From: Bacilli bacterium
Lineage (GTDB): Bacteria > Bacillota_I > Bacilli_A > RFN20 > UBA1709
Assembly: GCA_050949315.1 (NCBI GenBank)
Contig: JBMNFL010000001.1
Coordinates: forward strand, 64,001-128,000
Direction of reading: 5' to 3'
Length of the DNA stretch: 64,000 bases
Shown: positions 29,852-44,210 of the stretch, piece by piece
How the letters are laid out: every line of letters starts with the position of its first letter
How positions within the stretch are numbered: position 1 is the first letter of the stretch
The notes under the pieces: model-generated
What the model saw: the letters and a program-made list of their open reading frames with translations, nothing else
What the model was told of the DNA's origin: nothing
The model's database searches: none
Made by a program: the position numbers and the translations under genes

Positions 29852-30544
29852 ATGAGTGATCTTTTAAAACAACTGTTTAGTGATGGTATGATTTCCTTAG
29901 GTGTTTGGGAGACCATTTACATGACGCTTATTTCGACTTTAGTGGCCTATATCTTAGGCTTACCTTTGGGAATTATTGTTTCGGTTAGTGACAAGGATGG
30001 TCTTAGACCCGTAGCCTGGCTAAACAAAATTCTCAGTTTCTTAATCAATATTTTTCGCAGCATCCCCTTTATTATCTTAATGGTGGCCATGCTTCCTGTT
30101 GCTAAAGTTATTGTCGGTACCAGTCTTGGCAACAAAGCGATGATTGTGATGCTCATCATTGCCGCCGCACCTTATATTGCTAGGATGGTGGAATCTTCAC
30201 TTAAAGAGGTTGATAAGGGGGTTATTGAAGCGGCAAAATCCATGGGTGCCAGTAATTGGAAGATTATTTGTAAGGTTCTTTTGCCTGAAGCAAAACCAGC
30301 CCTAATTATGGGCGCGGTTATTTCAACGATTACAGTTTTAGGTTATACGGCCATGGCTGGTACGATTGGAGGTACGGGGCTAGGCGCTTTAGCCATTACC
30401 TATGGTTATGAGCGTTTCAAAGATGATGTTATTTGGGTCTGTGTTCTTTTGATGGTAATTATTGTTCAAATTATTCAAGAAATCGGAATGTTTATCGTTA
30501 GGAAAAGCGATAAACGCCAACATACTACAGCGATAGAAAACTAG
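29852..30544 (+). CDS. metI: Methionine ABC transporter permease
   Basis: RSIPFIIL, EAAKSMGA. Confidence 0.93.
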   Translation: MSDLLKQLFSDGMISLGVWETIYMTLISTLVAYILGLPLGIIVSVSDKDGLRPVAWLNKILSFLINIFRSIPFIILMVAMLPVAKVIVGTSLGNKAMIVMLIIAAAPYIARMVESSLKEVDKGVIEAAKSMGASNWKIICKVLLPEAKPALIMGAVISTITVLGYTAMAGTIGGTGLGALAITYGYERFKDDVIWVCVLLMVIIVQIIQEIGMFIVRKSDKRQHTTAIEN

Positions 30545-30556
30545 GAGGAAAAGAAA

Positions 30557-31390
30557 ATGAAAAAGCAAATTATTACGGGTTTATTCGCTACATTATTAGT
30601 ACTGAGCTTATCAGCTTGTGCCAAGGAAGATGACAGCAAAATTGTGGTTGGTGCCAGTTCAACTCCGCATGCGGAAATCCTTGAGCAGGTTAAAGAGAGT
30701 TTAAAAGAAGAGGGTTATAAATTGGAGATTAAGGTGTTAGATGATTATGTTACACCTAATACCTTTTTAGAAGAAGGCACTATTGATGCTAATTATTTCC
30801 AACATACACCTTATCTAGAAAACTTTAACAAAGAAAAAGGGACGCATTTAGTGGCGGTCGCTAAGATTCACTATGAGCCTTTAGCGATTTATGGCAAGAA
30901 TGTCAGTGCAACGGATTATCAGACAAATAAGAGTGGGCGCACCATCATTATCCCTTCTGATGGTTCGAATTGCACCCGAGCACTCTTTGTCTTGCAAGAT
31001 GAGGGTTATATCAGTTTAAAGGCCGGGGTTAAGGCTAGCGATAATCTTTCGGTCTTAGATATTGCTGATGCTAAAAACAACACGGTGACGCCGGTTGAAG
31101 CTAAGCAAATACCGGCTCAACTTGCCAACGCTCAAGAAGGAACCATCGCTTGCATCAATGGTAACTACGCTTTAGCAGCCGGCTTAAACTTCAGCGATTC
31201 CTTAGCAAGTGAGGTGGCAACTGGCGAAGCGGCTTTGCTTTACGCCAATATCATTGCCGTTAAAAAGGGAAAGGAAGATAGTCCGAAAATAAAGGCCTTG
31301 GTTAAGGCGCTACAAAGCGAAAAGGTTTATAATTATATTAATAACACCTATGCGGGCGCGGTTAAGCCTTCATTTAGTTTGGATAAATAG
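30557..31390 (+). CDS. metQ: Methionine-binding lipoprotein (NlpA family)
   Basis: LSAC lipobox, PHAEIL, DANYFQH. Confidence 0.93.
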   Translation: MKKQIITGLFATLLVLSLSACAKEDDSKIVVGASSTPHAEILEQVKESLKEEGYKLEIKVLDDYVTPNTFLEEGTIDANYFQHTPYLENFNKEKGTHLVAVAKIHYEPLAIYGKNVSATDYQTNKSGRTIIIPSDGSNCTRALFVLQDEGYISLKAGVKASDNLSVLDIADAKNNTVTPVEAKQIPAQLANAQEGTIACINGNYALAAGLNFSDSLASEVATGEAALLYANIIAVKKGKEDSPKIKALVKALQSEKVYNYINNTYAGAVKPSFSLDK

Positions 31391-31441
31391 TTTTAAAAAT
31401 CCAAGTGGGCTTACGCCCAAAATTTCAAGAATTTCAAAATT

Positions 31442-31515
31442 TTAGCACTTTTCACTTGACAGTGCTAATTTTTTGTCTATAATAGAGATTGGCAGTCTAA
31501 ACCAAAGAGTGCTAA
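31442..31515 (+). promoter_or_regulatory. Heat-shock promoter with two CIRCE operators
   Basis: TTAGCACTT-N9-CAGTGCTAA 31442-31468; TTGGCAGTC-N9-GAGTGCTAA 31489-31515; TTGACA 31456, TATAAT 31478. Confidence 0.92.
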
Positions 31516-31528
31516 AGGAGGCGAGTTT

Positions 31529-32560
31529 ATGCGTCCGTTAAATCGGAAAGAGCGGATTTTAAAACTGATAGTTGAACAGTTCGTTCAAACGGCAGAGCCA
31601 GTTGGCAGTAATGCGCTGATTCATGAAGAGGGTTTGCATTGTTCAAGTGCCACCATTCGCAATGAAATGGCCGAACTGGAAAATATGGGTTATTTAGAAA
31701 AGACTCATACTTCTTCAGGACGAGTACCTAGTGCCAAAGGCTATCGTTATTATATCGATCACCTGCGGGATGAAATAGAAGACGTCAATATTCGTTATCA
31801 AATTCAAAGTCTCTTTGAAGTCCGCAAGAATTTGCAAATTGAAGAAGCTATTAAACACGGTTGCGAGATTATCGCGCAGATGACAAACTTGACTTCCGTT
31901 GTTCTTGGTCCAGACGCCCAATTTGAATGTATTAAAAAGATTCAGCTGGTACCCCTTGATGAAAGGACAGCGGTTGGTGTCTTTATTACCGATCGGGGCC
32001 ATGTGGAGCATAAAACCTTCGCAATTCCCAATAAGGTGAGTTTTCAAGATTTAGAAACCTGTGTCAACATTATTAACGATCGGGTGGTTGGCACCCCAAT
32101 TAATAAAATTTTAGATAAGGTTGAGGCTTTAAAACCCTTGTTGGCCGAAAAAGTCAACAACTTTGAATTGGTTTTCAAGTCCTTTTTAGAAGCTTTCTTA
32201 AAATTCACTTATGATAGGATTTCCATTTATGGCACCTCAAATATTCTCAATCAACCAGAGTTTACTAACGACATTGAAAAATTGAAAAAGTTTGTGCGTT
32301 TGATTGAAAATGATGAGACTTGGGCCAAGTTGGATACGGCTGAAGGTGTCTGTGTTCAAATCGGTTCTGAGAATTCTCTAACTGAACTAGATGATCTAAG
32401 TGTTATAAGTGCCGAGATTAAAGTCGATGATAGTCAGAAAGGGCGGGTGGTTTTACTAGGACCAACGCGCATGGATTATCAAAAAGTTTTAACTGCTGTT
32501 GAATATTTACAGCAGCAATTAAATGAATTCTTTAGAACAAAAAAAGATAAGGAGGATTAG
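31529..32560 (+). CDS. hrcA: Heat-inducible transcription repressor
   Basis: SSATIRNEM, HTSSGRVPS, GPTRMDY. Confidence 0.96.
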   Translation: MRPLNRKERILKLIVEQFVQTAEPVGSNALIHEEGLHCSSATIRNEMAELENMGYLEKTHTSSGRVPSAKGYRYYIDHLRDEIEDVNIRYQIQSLFEVRKNLQIEEAIKHGCEIIAQMTNLTSVVLGPDAQFECIKKIQLVPLDERTAVGVFITDRGHVEHKTFAIPNKVSFQDLETCVNIINDRVVGTPINKILDKVEALKPLLAEKVNNFELVFKSFLEAFLKFTYDRISIYGTSNILNQPEFTNDIEKLKKFVRLIENDETWAKLDTAEGVCVQIGSENSLTELDDLSVISAEIKVDDSQKGRVVLLGPTRMDYQKVLTAVEYLQQQLNEFFRTKKDKED

Positions 32561-32562
32561 CT

Positions 32563-35002
<2,440 letters not shown>

Positions 35003-35055
35003 GAGAGAACAGGAGCTAGACTCCTGCTTCGCTCTTTCTAAGAAAGGCGGTTAAT

Positions 35056-36213
35056 ATGGCTAGCAAAAGAGATTATTATGAAGTGCTTGGCGTTAGCAAA
35101 TCCGCCACGGCTGATGAAATAAAAAAAGCCTATCGAAGTCTGGCTAAAAAATATCATCCTGATGTCAATAAGGCGGCGAATGCTGAAGAAAAATTCAAAG
35201 AAGTCCAAGAAGCCTACGATATCTTGTCTGATGATAAGAAAAAGAGCATGTATGACCAATTCGGCTTTGCCGGTGTGGATCCCAATGCCGCGGGTCCTGG
35301 TGGAGCTGGGGGCTTTGGAGGCTTTAGCGGTTTCGGTGGCTTTGGCGGTTTTGGTGATGAAGGTGGCATTGATTTAGGCGATATCTTTAATTCCATGTTC
35401 GGCACTGGTCGTCGCAGTAGCACGCGTGATACCACAGGTCCCCGCAAAGGTAACGATAAATTTGTTAAATTGCGGATTGATTTCATGGATGCCGTCTTTG
35501 GTAAAAAAGCGGATATAACTCTAAATGTAGATGTTGAATGCGAGCATTGTCATGGTAGTGGTGCGAATAGTCCTAGCGATATTCAGACCTGCTCTCGTTG
35601 TCATGGAAGTGGGAAGATAAGAACGGTCCAAAACACCATTTTTGGTCAAATGGAAAGTCAAACTATTTGTCCTGACTGTCATGGTTCAGGGAAAACCATT
35701 AAGAAAAAGTGCTCTAGTTGTGGAGGTAGTGGTTACAAAAGCCAACGCACAACGGTGGAATTAAAAATCCCAGCTGGCATTGCCTCACATCAGCAGTTGC
35801 GTGTGGCAGGTAAGGGTGATCGCGGTTATAATGGCGGACCCAATGGTGACCTCTATGTGGAAATTTTAGTAAATGATCATAAAGATTTCCGCCGTGAGGG
35901 TAGTGATATTCATATCACGGTTCCCATTGGCTTTGCCGATGCGGCCTTAGGCTGTACTTTAGATGTTCCAACAGTTTATGGTGATGTGGAATTAAAAATT
36001 CCGGAAGGAATCCAAGATGATCAAATCCTAAGGATACGCGGGAAGGGTCTTAAAGAGTTGCGTGGTTCAGGGACAGGTGATCAATATGTGCATGTCAAGG
36101 TTCAAACACCTACACGATTGTCTAAGGATCAAAAAGCCCTGTATGAAAAACTGCGAGAGCTAGAGCGGGGCAACAGCACCTTTAATAAATTTAAGAATAC
36201 TTTCAAAAAGTAG
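35056..36213 (+). CDS. dnaJ: Chaperone DnaJ
   Basis: HPD, G/F region, four CxxCxGxG motifs. Confidence 0.98.
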   Translation: MASKRDYYEVLGVSKSATADEIKKAYRSLAKKYHPDVNKAANAEEKFKEVQEAYDILSDDKKKSMYDQFGFAGVDPNAAGPGGAGGFGGFSGFGGFGGFGDEGGIDLGDIFNSMFGTGRRSSTRDTTGPRKGNDKFVKLRIDFMDAVFGKKADITLNVDVECEHCHGSGANSPSDIQTCSRCHGSGKIRTVQNTIFGQMESQTICPDCHGSGKTIKKKCSSCGGSGYKSQRTTVELKIPAGIASHQQLRVAGKGDRGYNGGPNGDLYVEILVNDHKDFRREGSDIHITVPIGFADAALGCTLDVPTVYGDVELKIPEGIQDDQILRIRGKGLKELRGSGTGDQYVHVKVQTPTRLSKDQKALYEKLRELERGNSTFNKFKNTFKK

Positions 36214-36259
36214 AAACAAAAGTGTTAGCAAATAACACTTTTAAATAACAGATTTTTAG

Positions 36260-36286
36260 TTGTCACTCCACACAGTGGAGTGCTAA
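36260..36286 (+). promoter_or_regulatory. CIRCE operator upstream of clpB
   Basis: TTGTCACTC-N9-GAGTGCTAA. Confidence 0.85.
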
Positions 36287-36301
36287 AAAGGAGGGTAAAT
36301 T

Positions 36302-38851
36302 ATGAATGCTAATGAATATACGGAAAGATTGCAACAGGCCTTAGTTAAAGCTTATCAATTAGCCGGTGAGAAAAAACATCCGCAAGTTGATGTTGTTCAT
36401 CTATTGTCAGCCCTTTTGTCTGATGGCGATGGCTTATTAGTTCGCGTTTTAGAAAAACTAAAAGTTGATTTTAATAAGGCTCAAGATCTAGTCAGTAAAA
36501 ACTTGCAAACTTTGCCTCAGGTCAGTGGGCACAATGAGATTACAGTCAGCAAAGATTTAAATCAGCTCTTAATTAGAGCCGATGCCTTAAGAGCGGAGTG
36601 GAAAGATGACTATATCAGTGTTGAACACGCTATTTTAGCTTTAACGGATAGCAAAAATTCTTTCGCTCGCCAATTTTTAACGAGTTTAGATTTAAAAAGC
36701 AATGATTTAGAAAAAGCAATTCAAGAGATTCGTGGAGGTCAATCGGTGCGTTCTCAAACTCCTGAAAACAATTACGAGGTTTTAACTAAATATGGTCGTG
36801 ATTTGGTTGATGATGTGCGGGCTGGCAAGATTGATCCCATTATTGGTCGTGATGAAGAAATCCGGCGCGTGATTCAAATCTTAAGTCGCAAAACTAAGAA
36901 CAACCCCATTTTAATTGGGGAAGCTGGCGTGGGAAAGACCGCTATTGTCGAAGGTCTTGCCTGGCGTATTTTTAAAGGAGATGTGCCCTTTTCTTTAAAG
37001 GACAAGACGATTTTTGAGTTGGATTTAGGCGCTTTGGTAGCAGGAGCTAAGTACCGTGGTGAATTTGAAGAGCGTTTGAAGGCGGTCTTAAATGAAGTTA
37101 AGAAATCGGCCGGTCATATTATTATGTTCATCGATGAAATCCATCAATTAGTTGGGGCTGGTAGGACCGAAGGCGCTATGGATGCTTCAAACTTACTAAA
37201 GCCTATGCTAGCTCGTGGTGAACTACACTGTGTCGGGGCGACAACCCTTGACGAACACCGTAAATATATTGAATCCGACCCTGCTTTGGAACGGCGTATG
37301 CAGAAGGTTTTGGTTTCTGAACCCAGCGTTGAGGACACGATTTCTATTCTCCGCGGTTTAAAGGAGCGTTATGAAATCCATCACGGTGTTCGTATTAATG
37401 ACCAAGCTTTAGTCAGCGCTGCCGTCTTATCTAATCGCTATATCAATGATCGTTTCTTACCAGATAAGGCCATTGACTTAGTGGATGAGGCCTGTGCTGC
37501 CGTACGGATGGCCATTGATTCAATGCCTGTTGAACTGGACGAAATCATTCGGAAAATCATGCAGTTAGATATTGAAATCGCCGCTCTTAAAAAAGAAAGT
37601 GATAAACGTTCACTGAAGCGTTTAGAAGCTATTAAAAAAGAAAAAGCTGATTTAGAAGAAAAGAAAAATGTTTTATCGGCCAAGTGGCAAAAGGAAAAAA
37701 GTGAGCTCCAAAAAGCTAAGGCTTGGAAGAGTGAATTAGATAAGGCTAGAATGGATTTAGAAAAAGCCCAGAATGATGCCGACTATGAAAAGGCAGCGCG
37801 GCTGCAGTATCAACTGATTCCTTCACTTGAGAAGCAAATCAAGGAATATAATGAAACAGTAGGCCAAGATCGCTTGCTCAATGAGGTGGTTACGGAGGAT
37901 GAAATTAGAAAAGTTGTGGCTAAATGGACGCACATTCCAGTCAGTAAAATGCAACAGTCAGAAGCCGATAAATTGCTAAATCTAGCCTCTAAGATTAAAG
38001 AGCGGGTTATTGGTCAAGATCGAGCAGTTGATGATGTCTGTGATGCTATTTTACGTTCAAGAGCCGGCATAAATGATGCCACTCGTCCGATTGGCTCCTT
38101 CATCTTTTTGGGGCCAACTGGCGTTGGTAAGACCGAGGTGGCCAGAGCTTTAGCCGCCGAACTCTTTGATAATGAACACAATATGGTGCGCATTGATATG
38201 TCAGAGTACATGGAAAAATTCAGTGTCTCGCGTTTAATTGGGGCTCCACCAGGTTATGTTGGTTATGATGAAGGTGGTCAACTAAGCGAAGCTGTCCGCC
38301 GTAATCCTTATTCCATCGTCCTGCTTGATGAGATTGAAAAGGCTCACCCTGATGTCTTTAATATCTTACTTCAGGTTTTAGATGATGGGAGAATTACGGA
38401 TAATAAAGGCAATGTCGTAGATTTTAAAAACACCATTATTATCATGACTTCAAATATTGGCTCTCAATATCTTTTGGATGCCGGTTTTGAAGAAGGCAGT
38501 AAAAAGGTTATGGCCGAATTAAAAGCCCATTTTAAGCCCGAGTTTCTCAATCGTGTTGATGAGATAATTGTCTTTAATCCTTTAGAAGGGGCGGTTGTTC
38601 TCAAGGTTATTGATAAATTCTTAAAAGAATTAGAACATCGTTTAGAAAACTTGAATGTTAAATTAACGGTAACTAAGGAAGCTAAGGAAGCGATTAGAAC
38701 ACTAGGTTATGATAAGCACTATGGTGCTAGACCATTAAGACGGCTGATTCAAAAGAATATCGAAACCTTAATTGCTAAGGCCTTATTAAAAGGAGAATTA
38801 GCTTCCCAGATTACGGTCGATTATCAAAACGGTTTTCTTATTAAGGAGTAG
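36302..38851 (+). CDS. clpB: Disaggregase ClpB
   Basis: Two AAA+ domains ([16 protein letters not shown]) and long coiled-coil M domain. Confidence 0.95.
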   Translation: MNANEYTERLQQALVKAYQLAGEKKHPQVDVVHLLSALLSDGDGLLVRVLEKLKVDFNKAQDLVSKNLQTLPQVSGHNEITVSKDLNQLLIRADALRAEWKDDYISVEHAILALTDSKNSFARQFLTSLDLKSNDLEKAIQEIRGGQSVRSQTPENNYEVLTKYGRDLVDDVRAGKIDPIIGRDEEIRRVIQILSRKTKNNPILIGEAGVGKTAIVEGLAWRIFKGDVPFSLKDKTIFELDLGALVAGAKYRGEFEERLKAVLNEVKKSAGHIIMFIDEIHQLVGAGRTEGAMDASNLLKPMLARGELHCVGATTLDEHRKYIESDPALERRMQKVLVSEPSVEDTISILRGLKERYEIHHGVRINDQALVSAAVLSNRYINDRFLPDKAIDLVDEACAAVRMAIDSMPVELDEIIRKIMQLDIEIAALKKESDKRSLKRLEAIKKEKADLEEKKNVLSAKWQKEKSELQKAKAWKSELDKARMDLEKAQNDADYEKAARLQYQLIPSLEKQIKEYNETVGQDRLLNEVVTEDEIRKVVAKWTHIPVSKMQQSEADKLLNLASKIKERVIGQDRAVDDVCDAILRSRAGINDATRPIGSFIFLGPTGVGKTEVARALAAELFDNEHNMVRIDMSEYMEKFSVSRLIGAPPGYVGYDEGGQLSEAVRRNPYSIVLLDEIEKAHPDVFNILLQVLDDGRITDNKGNVVDFKNTIIIMTSNIGSQYLLDAGFEEGSKKVMAELKAHFKPEFLNRVDEIIVFNPLEGAVVLKVIDKFLKELEHRLENLNVKLTVTKEAKEAIRTLGYDKHYGARPLRRLIQKNIETLIAKALLKGELASQITVDYQNGFLIKE

Positions 38852-38867
38852 AAATAAAGAGTATAAA

Positions 38868-38911
38868 AGAGAAGTGGTAGTAAGAAGCTGCCACTTCTTT
38901 ACTTTTTTTTT
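38868..38911 (+). terminator. Terminator after clpB
   Basis: AGAAGTGGTAG...CTGCCACTTCT followed by T tract. Confidence 0.7.
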
Positions 38912-38977
38912 ACATTAAAAAGATGGAAGTTAAATCAGTTAATAAGGTATAATCAAAAAGAAAGAAAGAGAGGCAAT

Positions 38978-39892
38978 ATGGAAAGTATTATTGAAATCAA
39001 AAATTTAAACAAGGCTTTTGGTTCGATAAAAGCGGTTCAAGATCTTAGTTTCAAAGTTAAAAAAGGTGATTTGTTTGCTTTTTTAGGCGTCAATGGTGCG
39101 GGTAAATCTACGACCATTAACATCATGTGTGGTCAACTAGCCAAGGATAGTGGCCAGGTTGTAATTGATAACTATGATTTAGATAAACAAGTTTTAGAAA
39201 TCAAACAGCGAATTGGTGTGGTTTTTCAAACTTCCGTTTTAGATCAGGGCCTAAATGTTTATGACAATTTACGTAGTCGAGCCGCTCTATATGGCATAAG
39301 TGGCCCGGCTTTTAAGACAAGATTAGCTGAATTAAGTAAACTTTTAGATTTGGATTCCCTTTTGAAAAGGGAAGTTTCTAAGCTTTCAGGTGGACAAAGA
39401 CGTCGGGTTGATATTGCGCGCGCTTTGCTCCATAAACCTAAAATCTTAATTTTAGATGAACCGACTACCGGTTTAGATCCCAAGACCCGGCGAATTATTT
39501 GGCGAGTTATCAATGATTCGCGTAGCAAAAGGGGCACTACTGTTTTTTTAACCACCCACTATATGGAAGAAGCTAGCGAAGCTGATTATATTGTAATTAT
39601 TGATAATGGTAAAACGGCAGCTGAAGGACGACCCATCGATTTAAAGAACCGTTATACTGGCGATTTTATAACTCTCTATGATACCGAGGAAGCCTTGGTA
39701 AACAAATTGGGTCTTGAATATCAAACTTTGCGTGATTCTTACCGCATTGAAGTAAAAGATACGACTCAGGCAACAGAACTTATTCTTAAGCATCCCGAGA
39801 TTTTTAAAGATTATGAGATTATAAAAGGTAAGATGGATGATGTCTTCTTAACGGTTACTGGGAAGAAATTGCCGGAGGGTAATGACAAATGA
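38978..39892 (+). CDS. ABC-2 type exporter ATP-binding subunit
   Basis: GVNGAGKST, LSGGQRRR, LDEPTTGLD. Confidence 0.92.
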   Translation: MESIIEIKNLNKAFGSIKAVQDLSFKVKKGDLFAFLGVNGAGKSTTINIMCGQLAKDSGQVVIDNYDLDKQVLEIKQRIGVVFQTSVLDQGLNVYDNLRSRAALYGISGPAFKTRLAELSKLLDLDSLLKREVSKLSGGQRRRVDIARALLHKPKILILDEPTTGLDPKTRRIIWRVINDSRSKRGTTVFLTTHYMEEASEADYIVIIDNGKTAAEGRPIDLKNRYTGDFITLYDTEEALVNKLGLEYQTLRDSYRIEVKDTTQATELILKHPEIFKDYEIIKGKMDDVFLTVTGKKLPEGNDK

Positions 39893-40779
39893 AAATCATA
39901 TTAGCTCTTGTTCGTCGAAATACGAAAGTTTTCTTTAAAGATAAGGTAATGTTTTTTAGTTCCCTTATCACCCCTATTATTTTATTAGTTCTCTATGGCA
40001 CTTTTTTAGCCAGTCTCTATCGTATGAGTGTTGAGGCTGCTTTTCCTCCTGGTTTTGGTTTACCTGATAGTATTTTAGATGGTTTTGTCGGTGGGCAATT
40101 AGTCTCTTCAATTTTAGCTGTCTCCTGTGTAACTGTGGCTTTTAGTTCGAATTTTTTGATGGTTCAAGACAAGGTAGTGGGGAGTATCCATGATTTAAAA
40201 ATAGCCCCTATCAAGAATTCACAGTTAGCCTTAAGTTATTATTTATCTTCTTTATTAGCGACAATGATTGTTTGTTTAAGTGCCATGGCAATTTTCTTAG
40301 TTTATTTAGCAATTGTCGGTTGGTATTTAAGTTTTGTTGATGTATTATTGTTGATTTTTGATGTATTTATCTTAGTGTTTTTTGGAACAGCACTTTCTTC
40401 AATTATCAACACCTTCCTATCAACGCAGGGGCAAATTTCAGCAGTTGCCACCATCATCAGTGCTGGTTATGGCTTCATTTGTGGCGCTTATATGCCTATT
40501 TCTACTTTTGGCAGTGGCTTACAAAAAGTTCTTATGTTCTTACCCGGCACCTATGGCACTTCTTTATTACGCTTCCATGCTTTAAGAGGGGTCTTTAAAC
40601 AGATGGCTTTAGAACAGGCTCCAGCTGAGGCAATCATAGGACTGCAAAATGGTGTTGATTATAATGTCTACTTTTTTGATCAACAAGTTTCAGTTCATGC
40701 GATGTATTTAATTTTAATTGGCAGTATTGTACTTTTCTTAGCTATCTATATTTTGATTAATAAACTTAGGAAACGTTAA
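39889..40779 (+). CDS. ABC-2 type exporter permease
   Basis: Six hydrophobic segments; ATGA-coupled to the ATPase gene. Confidence 0.85.
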   Translation: MKIILALVRRNTKVFFKDKVMFFSSLITPIILLVLYGTFLASLYRMSVEAAFPPGFGLPDSILDGFVGGQLVSSILAVSCVTVAFSSNFLMVQDKVVGSIHDLKIAPIKNSQLALSYYLSSLLATMIVCLSAMAIFLVYLAIVGWYLSFVDVLLLIFDVFILVFFGTALSSIINTFLSTQGQISAVATIISAGYGFICGAYMPISTFGSGLQKVLMFLPGTYGTSLLRFHALRGVFKQMALEQAPAEAIIGLQNGVDYNVYFFDQQVSVHAMYLILIGSIVLFLAIYILINKLRKR

Positions 40780-40809
40780 TTGTTTCTTTATCCATTAAGT
40801 ATAGAGTTT

Positions 40810-40842
40810 GAAGCCTTCATTTAAATAGTTGAAGGCTTTTTT
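40810..40842 (+). terminator. Terminator after the ABC operon
   Basis: AAGCCTTCA...TGAAGGCTTTTTT. Confidence 0.75.
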
Positions 40843-40927
40843 AAATTAAACTTATTGTAAAGCACTTCTTTCGTTGAAATAAGGCTTCAAAAAATGTTAA
40901 AATAACATATGGAAATTGAGGGATTTT

Positions 40928-42037
40928 ATGACAAAAGTGATGCTTGGTTTAAGCGGAGGCGTTGATAGCGCTGTCGCGGCTTATCTTTTAAAAAAGCAGG
41001 GCTATGAAGTAGTAGCAGCTTTTATGCGGAATTGGGATTCTTTAGTCAACAATGATATTTTAGGGAACCCTAATTTTGGTGGTATCTGTCCGCAGGAGCA
41101 GGATTATAATGATGCGAAAAGAGTAGCTGAGCAATTAGGCATTTCTTTATTGAGAGCCGATTTTGTTGAGGAGTATTGGCAACAGGTCTTTCAGTATTTT
41201 ATTGAAGAATATCGTGAAGGTCGTACACCTAATCCCGATGTTTTCTGTAATAAATATATTAAATTTGATGCTTTTTTAAACTTTGCTAAAGAGCAAGGAG
41301 CCGAGTTAATTGCTACTGGACATTATGCAAAAAGAGTAGGAAATAAACTGTATAAGGCCTTAGATAAGAATAAGGATCAAACATATTTTTTAGCACTTTT
41401 AAGTGAAGAACAAATCAAGTCTTGCCTCTTTCCTTTGGGTGATATTGAGAAGAGTGAGGTTCGCAAAATCGCTAAGGAGTTAGGTTTAGAAGTGGCTAGT
41501 AAGAAAGATTCAACTGGTGTTTGTTTTATTGGAGAACGCAATTTTCGCGAGTTTTTAAAGAACTATATTCCAGCTAAACCAGGGGCGATTATTGAAAAGG
41601 AAACTGGTTTAAAACTTGGCGAACATCAGGGTGTTATGTATTATACCATCGGCCAAAGGAGAGGTTTAGGAATCGGGGGTATTTCTAAGCATAAAGCCGG
41701 CAGTTATTATGTCTGTGATAAGGATTTAGAGCGCGCGATATTATATGTAACCCAAGGTGAAGAAAGTAAATATTTATATCATGATAGACTTGTAGTAAAG
41801 GAAGTAAATTGGCTTGGGCCTAAGCCTGCTTCTAGTTTTAAATGTCAGGCGAAGTTTCGCTATCGACAAAAGGATCAAGCGGTAGAAATAAGTTTTTTAG
41901 ATAAGAGTACAGTAGAAGTAAAATGTATGGAAAAAGTCCGTGCAATTACGCTTGGTCAAATCTGCGTTTTCTATGATGGAGAGCTTCTGCTTGGTGGCGG
42001 GATCATCGCCAAGGTTTGGCAAAATGACGAGTATTAA
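40928..42037 (+). CDS. mnmA: tRNA 2-thiouridylase
   Basis: LSGGVDSAV, TPNPDVFCN, ATGHYA, KDSTGVCF. Confidence 0.96.
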   Translation: MTKVMLGLSGGVDSAVAAYLLKKQGYEVVAAFMRNWDSLVNNDILGNPNFGGICPQEQDYNDAKRVAEQLGISLLRADFVEEYWQQVFQYFIEEYREGRTPNPDVFCNKYIKFDAFLNFAKEQGAELIATGHYAKRVGNKLYKALDKNKDQTYFLALLSEEQIKSCLFPLGDIEKSEVRKIAKELGLEVASKKDSTGVCFIGERNFREFLKNYIPAKPGAIIEKETGLKLGEHQGVMYYTIGQRRGLGIGGISKHKAGSYYVCDKDLERAILYVTQGEESKYLYHDRLVVKEVNWLGPKPASSFKCQAKFRYRQKDQAVEISFLDKSTVEVKCMEKVRAITLGQICVFYDGELLLGGGIIAKVWQNDEY

Positions 42038-44183
42038 AGCCTATGTGCAATCCGTGATTTTTTATAATGAGAGCAACAATTATGCGGTTGTGCGGGTTAA
42101 GTTAGATCAGAAGAAAGATGAGCGCATAGTCTGCGTTGGTTATTTTCCTATACCCAATAAAGAAGAGCTTTGTTTATTTACAGGTGAATATGTCGATCAT
42201 CCAAGTTTTGGGCGCCAGTTTAAGGTAGAAAGTTTAGAGAAAATTCTGCCCGATGGGGCTGAAGCGATTATTCGCTACTTATCGAGTTCGCTTTTTGCGG
42301 GTGTAGGAGTTAAAACCGCCGAGAAAGTTTATGCTGCTCTTGGTGATGATTGCTTGAACATTATTAAAGATAATCCTGAGCGTATTAAAGAAGTCAATAT
42401 TAAAGAAGAACTTCAATCTACTATTGTTAGAGGCATTGCTGCTAGCACCCGCCTTGATGAGGCGATTAAACTCTTTGTCGGTCACGGTATTCAGATGAAG
42501 TATTTAATCAAGATGGATGCCTTATATGGGAAGGATTTAATTCCCATTGTTTTAGAAAACCCTTATATTTTGATTAAGGATATTGATGGTCTAAATTTTA
42601 AAACTGTTGATCGAGTGGCAAAGAGTTTGGGGATTACAGAATGCGATAGTCGGCGACTTGATGCCTTGTTAATTTACATCAGTAAAAAGTTATGTTACCA
42701 AAGTCAAGACACCTATATTTCCCAAAATGATTTATACCGTTTTGCATCCCTAGAGGTTGGTCATTTGACCGAAGAGGATTTTCTTTCCTCTTTTCATCAT
42801 CTTTTATTAGAGGGTGAACTTATCGATGAAGAAGGACGTATTTATTATGCTGACCTTTATCAGGCTGAAAAAGGTATTGCTAAATACTTAAAGCCTTATA
42901 TCCTTAAGCGTGAAGGAAAACTTCCTGAAACCCTTATTGACCAAGAGATAAGCAGCATTGAACTACAAGAAAACATAGAATACTCTTGGGAGCAAAAAGA
43001 GACCATTAAAAAATGTTTGAATAATGGACTCAGTATCATAACTGGGGGACCAGGAACTGGTAAAACAACGGTGGTCAACGCCATCATTAAAGTTTATCAA
43101 GCCCTTTTTAAGGATGATGCTGTTGTTTTATGTGCACCGACAGGGCGAGCGGCGAAGCGGCTGAGCGAACTAAGCAATCAAGAGGCAACTACCATCCATC
43201 GCTTATTAAAGTGGGATTTAGACACGAATAAATTCGCCAAAAACTTTGATGATCCCTTGTTTGGCGGCCTTTTAATTATTGATGAATTTTCCATGGTTGA
43301 TTGTCAATTGTTCTATCACTTGTTAGACGCGACCTATCCTTTTAAAAAGATTTTATTGATCGGTGATGATAAACAATTACCACCGGTTTCCCCTGGCGAT
43401 GTCTTACGTGATTTATTGGAACTCCAGCGCATTCCAACCACCGAATTAGTGCAAATTCATCGTCAAAAAGAGGACTCGGGTATTATTCCCCTTTGTTATG
43501 ATATTCGCAAAGGTAGTTTAAATAAAGAAAACCTTAAAAAAAGTGATGTCCATTTCTATAGTTGTGAAAGTCGTAAAGTACGAGAAATGATTTTGACTTT
43601 GGTTAAAGAAGCGGTTAGTGAAGGCTTAAATCAGGCGGATATTCAAGTTTTAGCCCCAATGTATGCGGGGACAGGAGGGATTGATAGTTTAAACGACTTA
43701 CTGCGTGATTATTTTAATCCAGAATCTTCTGATAAAAAGGAAGTGGCTATTGGGCGCACGACCTATCGCATTGGTGACAAAATTTTGCAACTAAAAAACC
43801 AACCTGATGACAATGTTTATAATGGCGATATCGGTTGGTTAGAAGAGATTATTGAAGATGGCAGAACTTTAAAACTTTTGATAAATTTTGATGATAATTT
43901 AGTGCAGTATGTCAGTGGTGATTTTATGAACATCACTCATGCTTACTGTATTTCGGTTCATAAATCACAGGGTAGTGAGTATTCTTATGTCATTATGCCG
44001 ATTTTGCCAGAGCATAGAATTATGTTAAAAAGAAAACTCATTTATACTGGGGTCAGCAGAGCTAAAAAACGTTTAAGTTTAATTGGTGATTTACTAACTT
44101 TTGAACGCGGTCTTAAAAGAGTGGAACAAAATGTTCGAAAAACGAGTTTAAAAGAGCGAATGTTGGAATATTTAGAAGGATAA
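42024..44183 (+). CDS. recD2: RecD2-like ATP-dependent helicase
   Basis: GGPGTGKTT, APTGRAAKR, IDEFSM, SVHKSQGSE; likely start ATG 42024. Confidence 0.93.
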   Translation: MTSIKAYVQSVIFYNESNNYAVVRVKLDQKKDERIVCVGYFPIPNKEELCLFTGEYVDHPSFGRQFKVESLEKILPDGAEAIIRYLSSSLFAGVGVKTAEKVYAALGDDCLNIIKDNPERIKEVNIKEELQSTIVRGIAASTRLDEAIKLFVGHGIQMKYLIKMDALYGKDLIPIVLENPYILIKDIDGLNFKTVDRVAKSLGITECDSRRLDALLIYISKKLCYQSQDTYISQNDLYRFASLEVGHLTEEDFLSSFHHLLLEGELIDEEGRIYYADLYQAEKGIAKYLKPYILKREGKLPETLIDQEISSIELQENIEYSWEQKETIKKCLNNGLSIITGGPGTGKTTVVNAIIKVYQALFKDDAVVLCAPTGRAAKRLSELSNQEATTIHRLLKWDLDTNKFAKNFDDPLFGGLLIIDEFSMVDCQLFYHLLDATYPFKKILLIGDDKQLPPVSPGDVLRDLLELQRIPTTELVQIHRQKEDSGIIPLCYDIRKGSLNKENLKKSDVHFYSCESRKVREMILTLVKEAVSEGLNQADIQVLAPMYAGTGGIDSLNDLLRDYFNPESSDKKEVAIGRTTYRIGDKILQLKNQPDDNVYNGDIGWLEEIIEDGRTLKLLINFDDNLVQYVSGDFMNITHAYCISVHKSQGSEYSYVIMPILPEHRIMLKRKLIYTGVSRAKKRLSLIGDLLTFERGLKRVEQNVRKTSLKERMLEYLEG

Positions 44184-44210
44184 AATTAAAAACGAGCCTG
44201 TGGCTCGCTT

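Noticed and set aside
35295-35365. GGC TTT GGx repeats in dnaJ
   Set aside because: Normal G/F-rich region.
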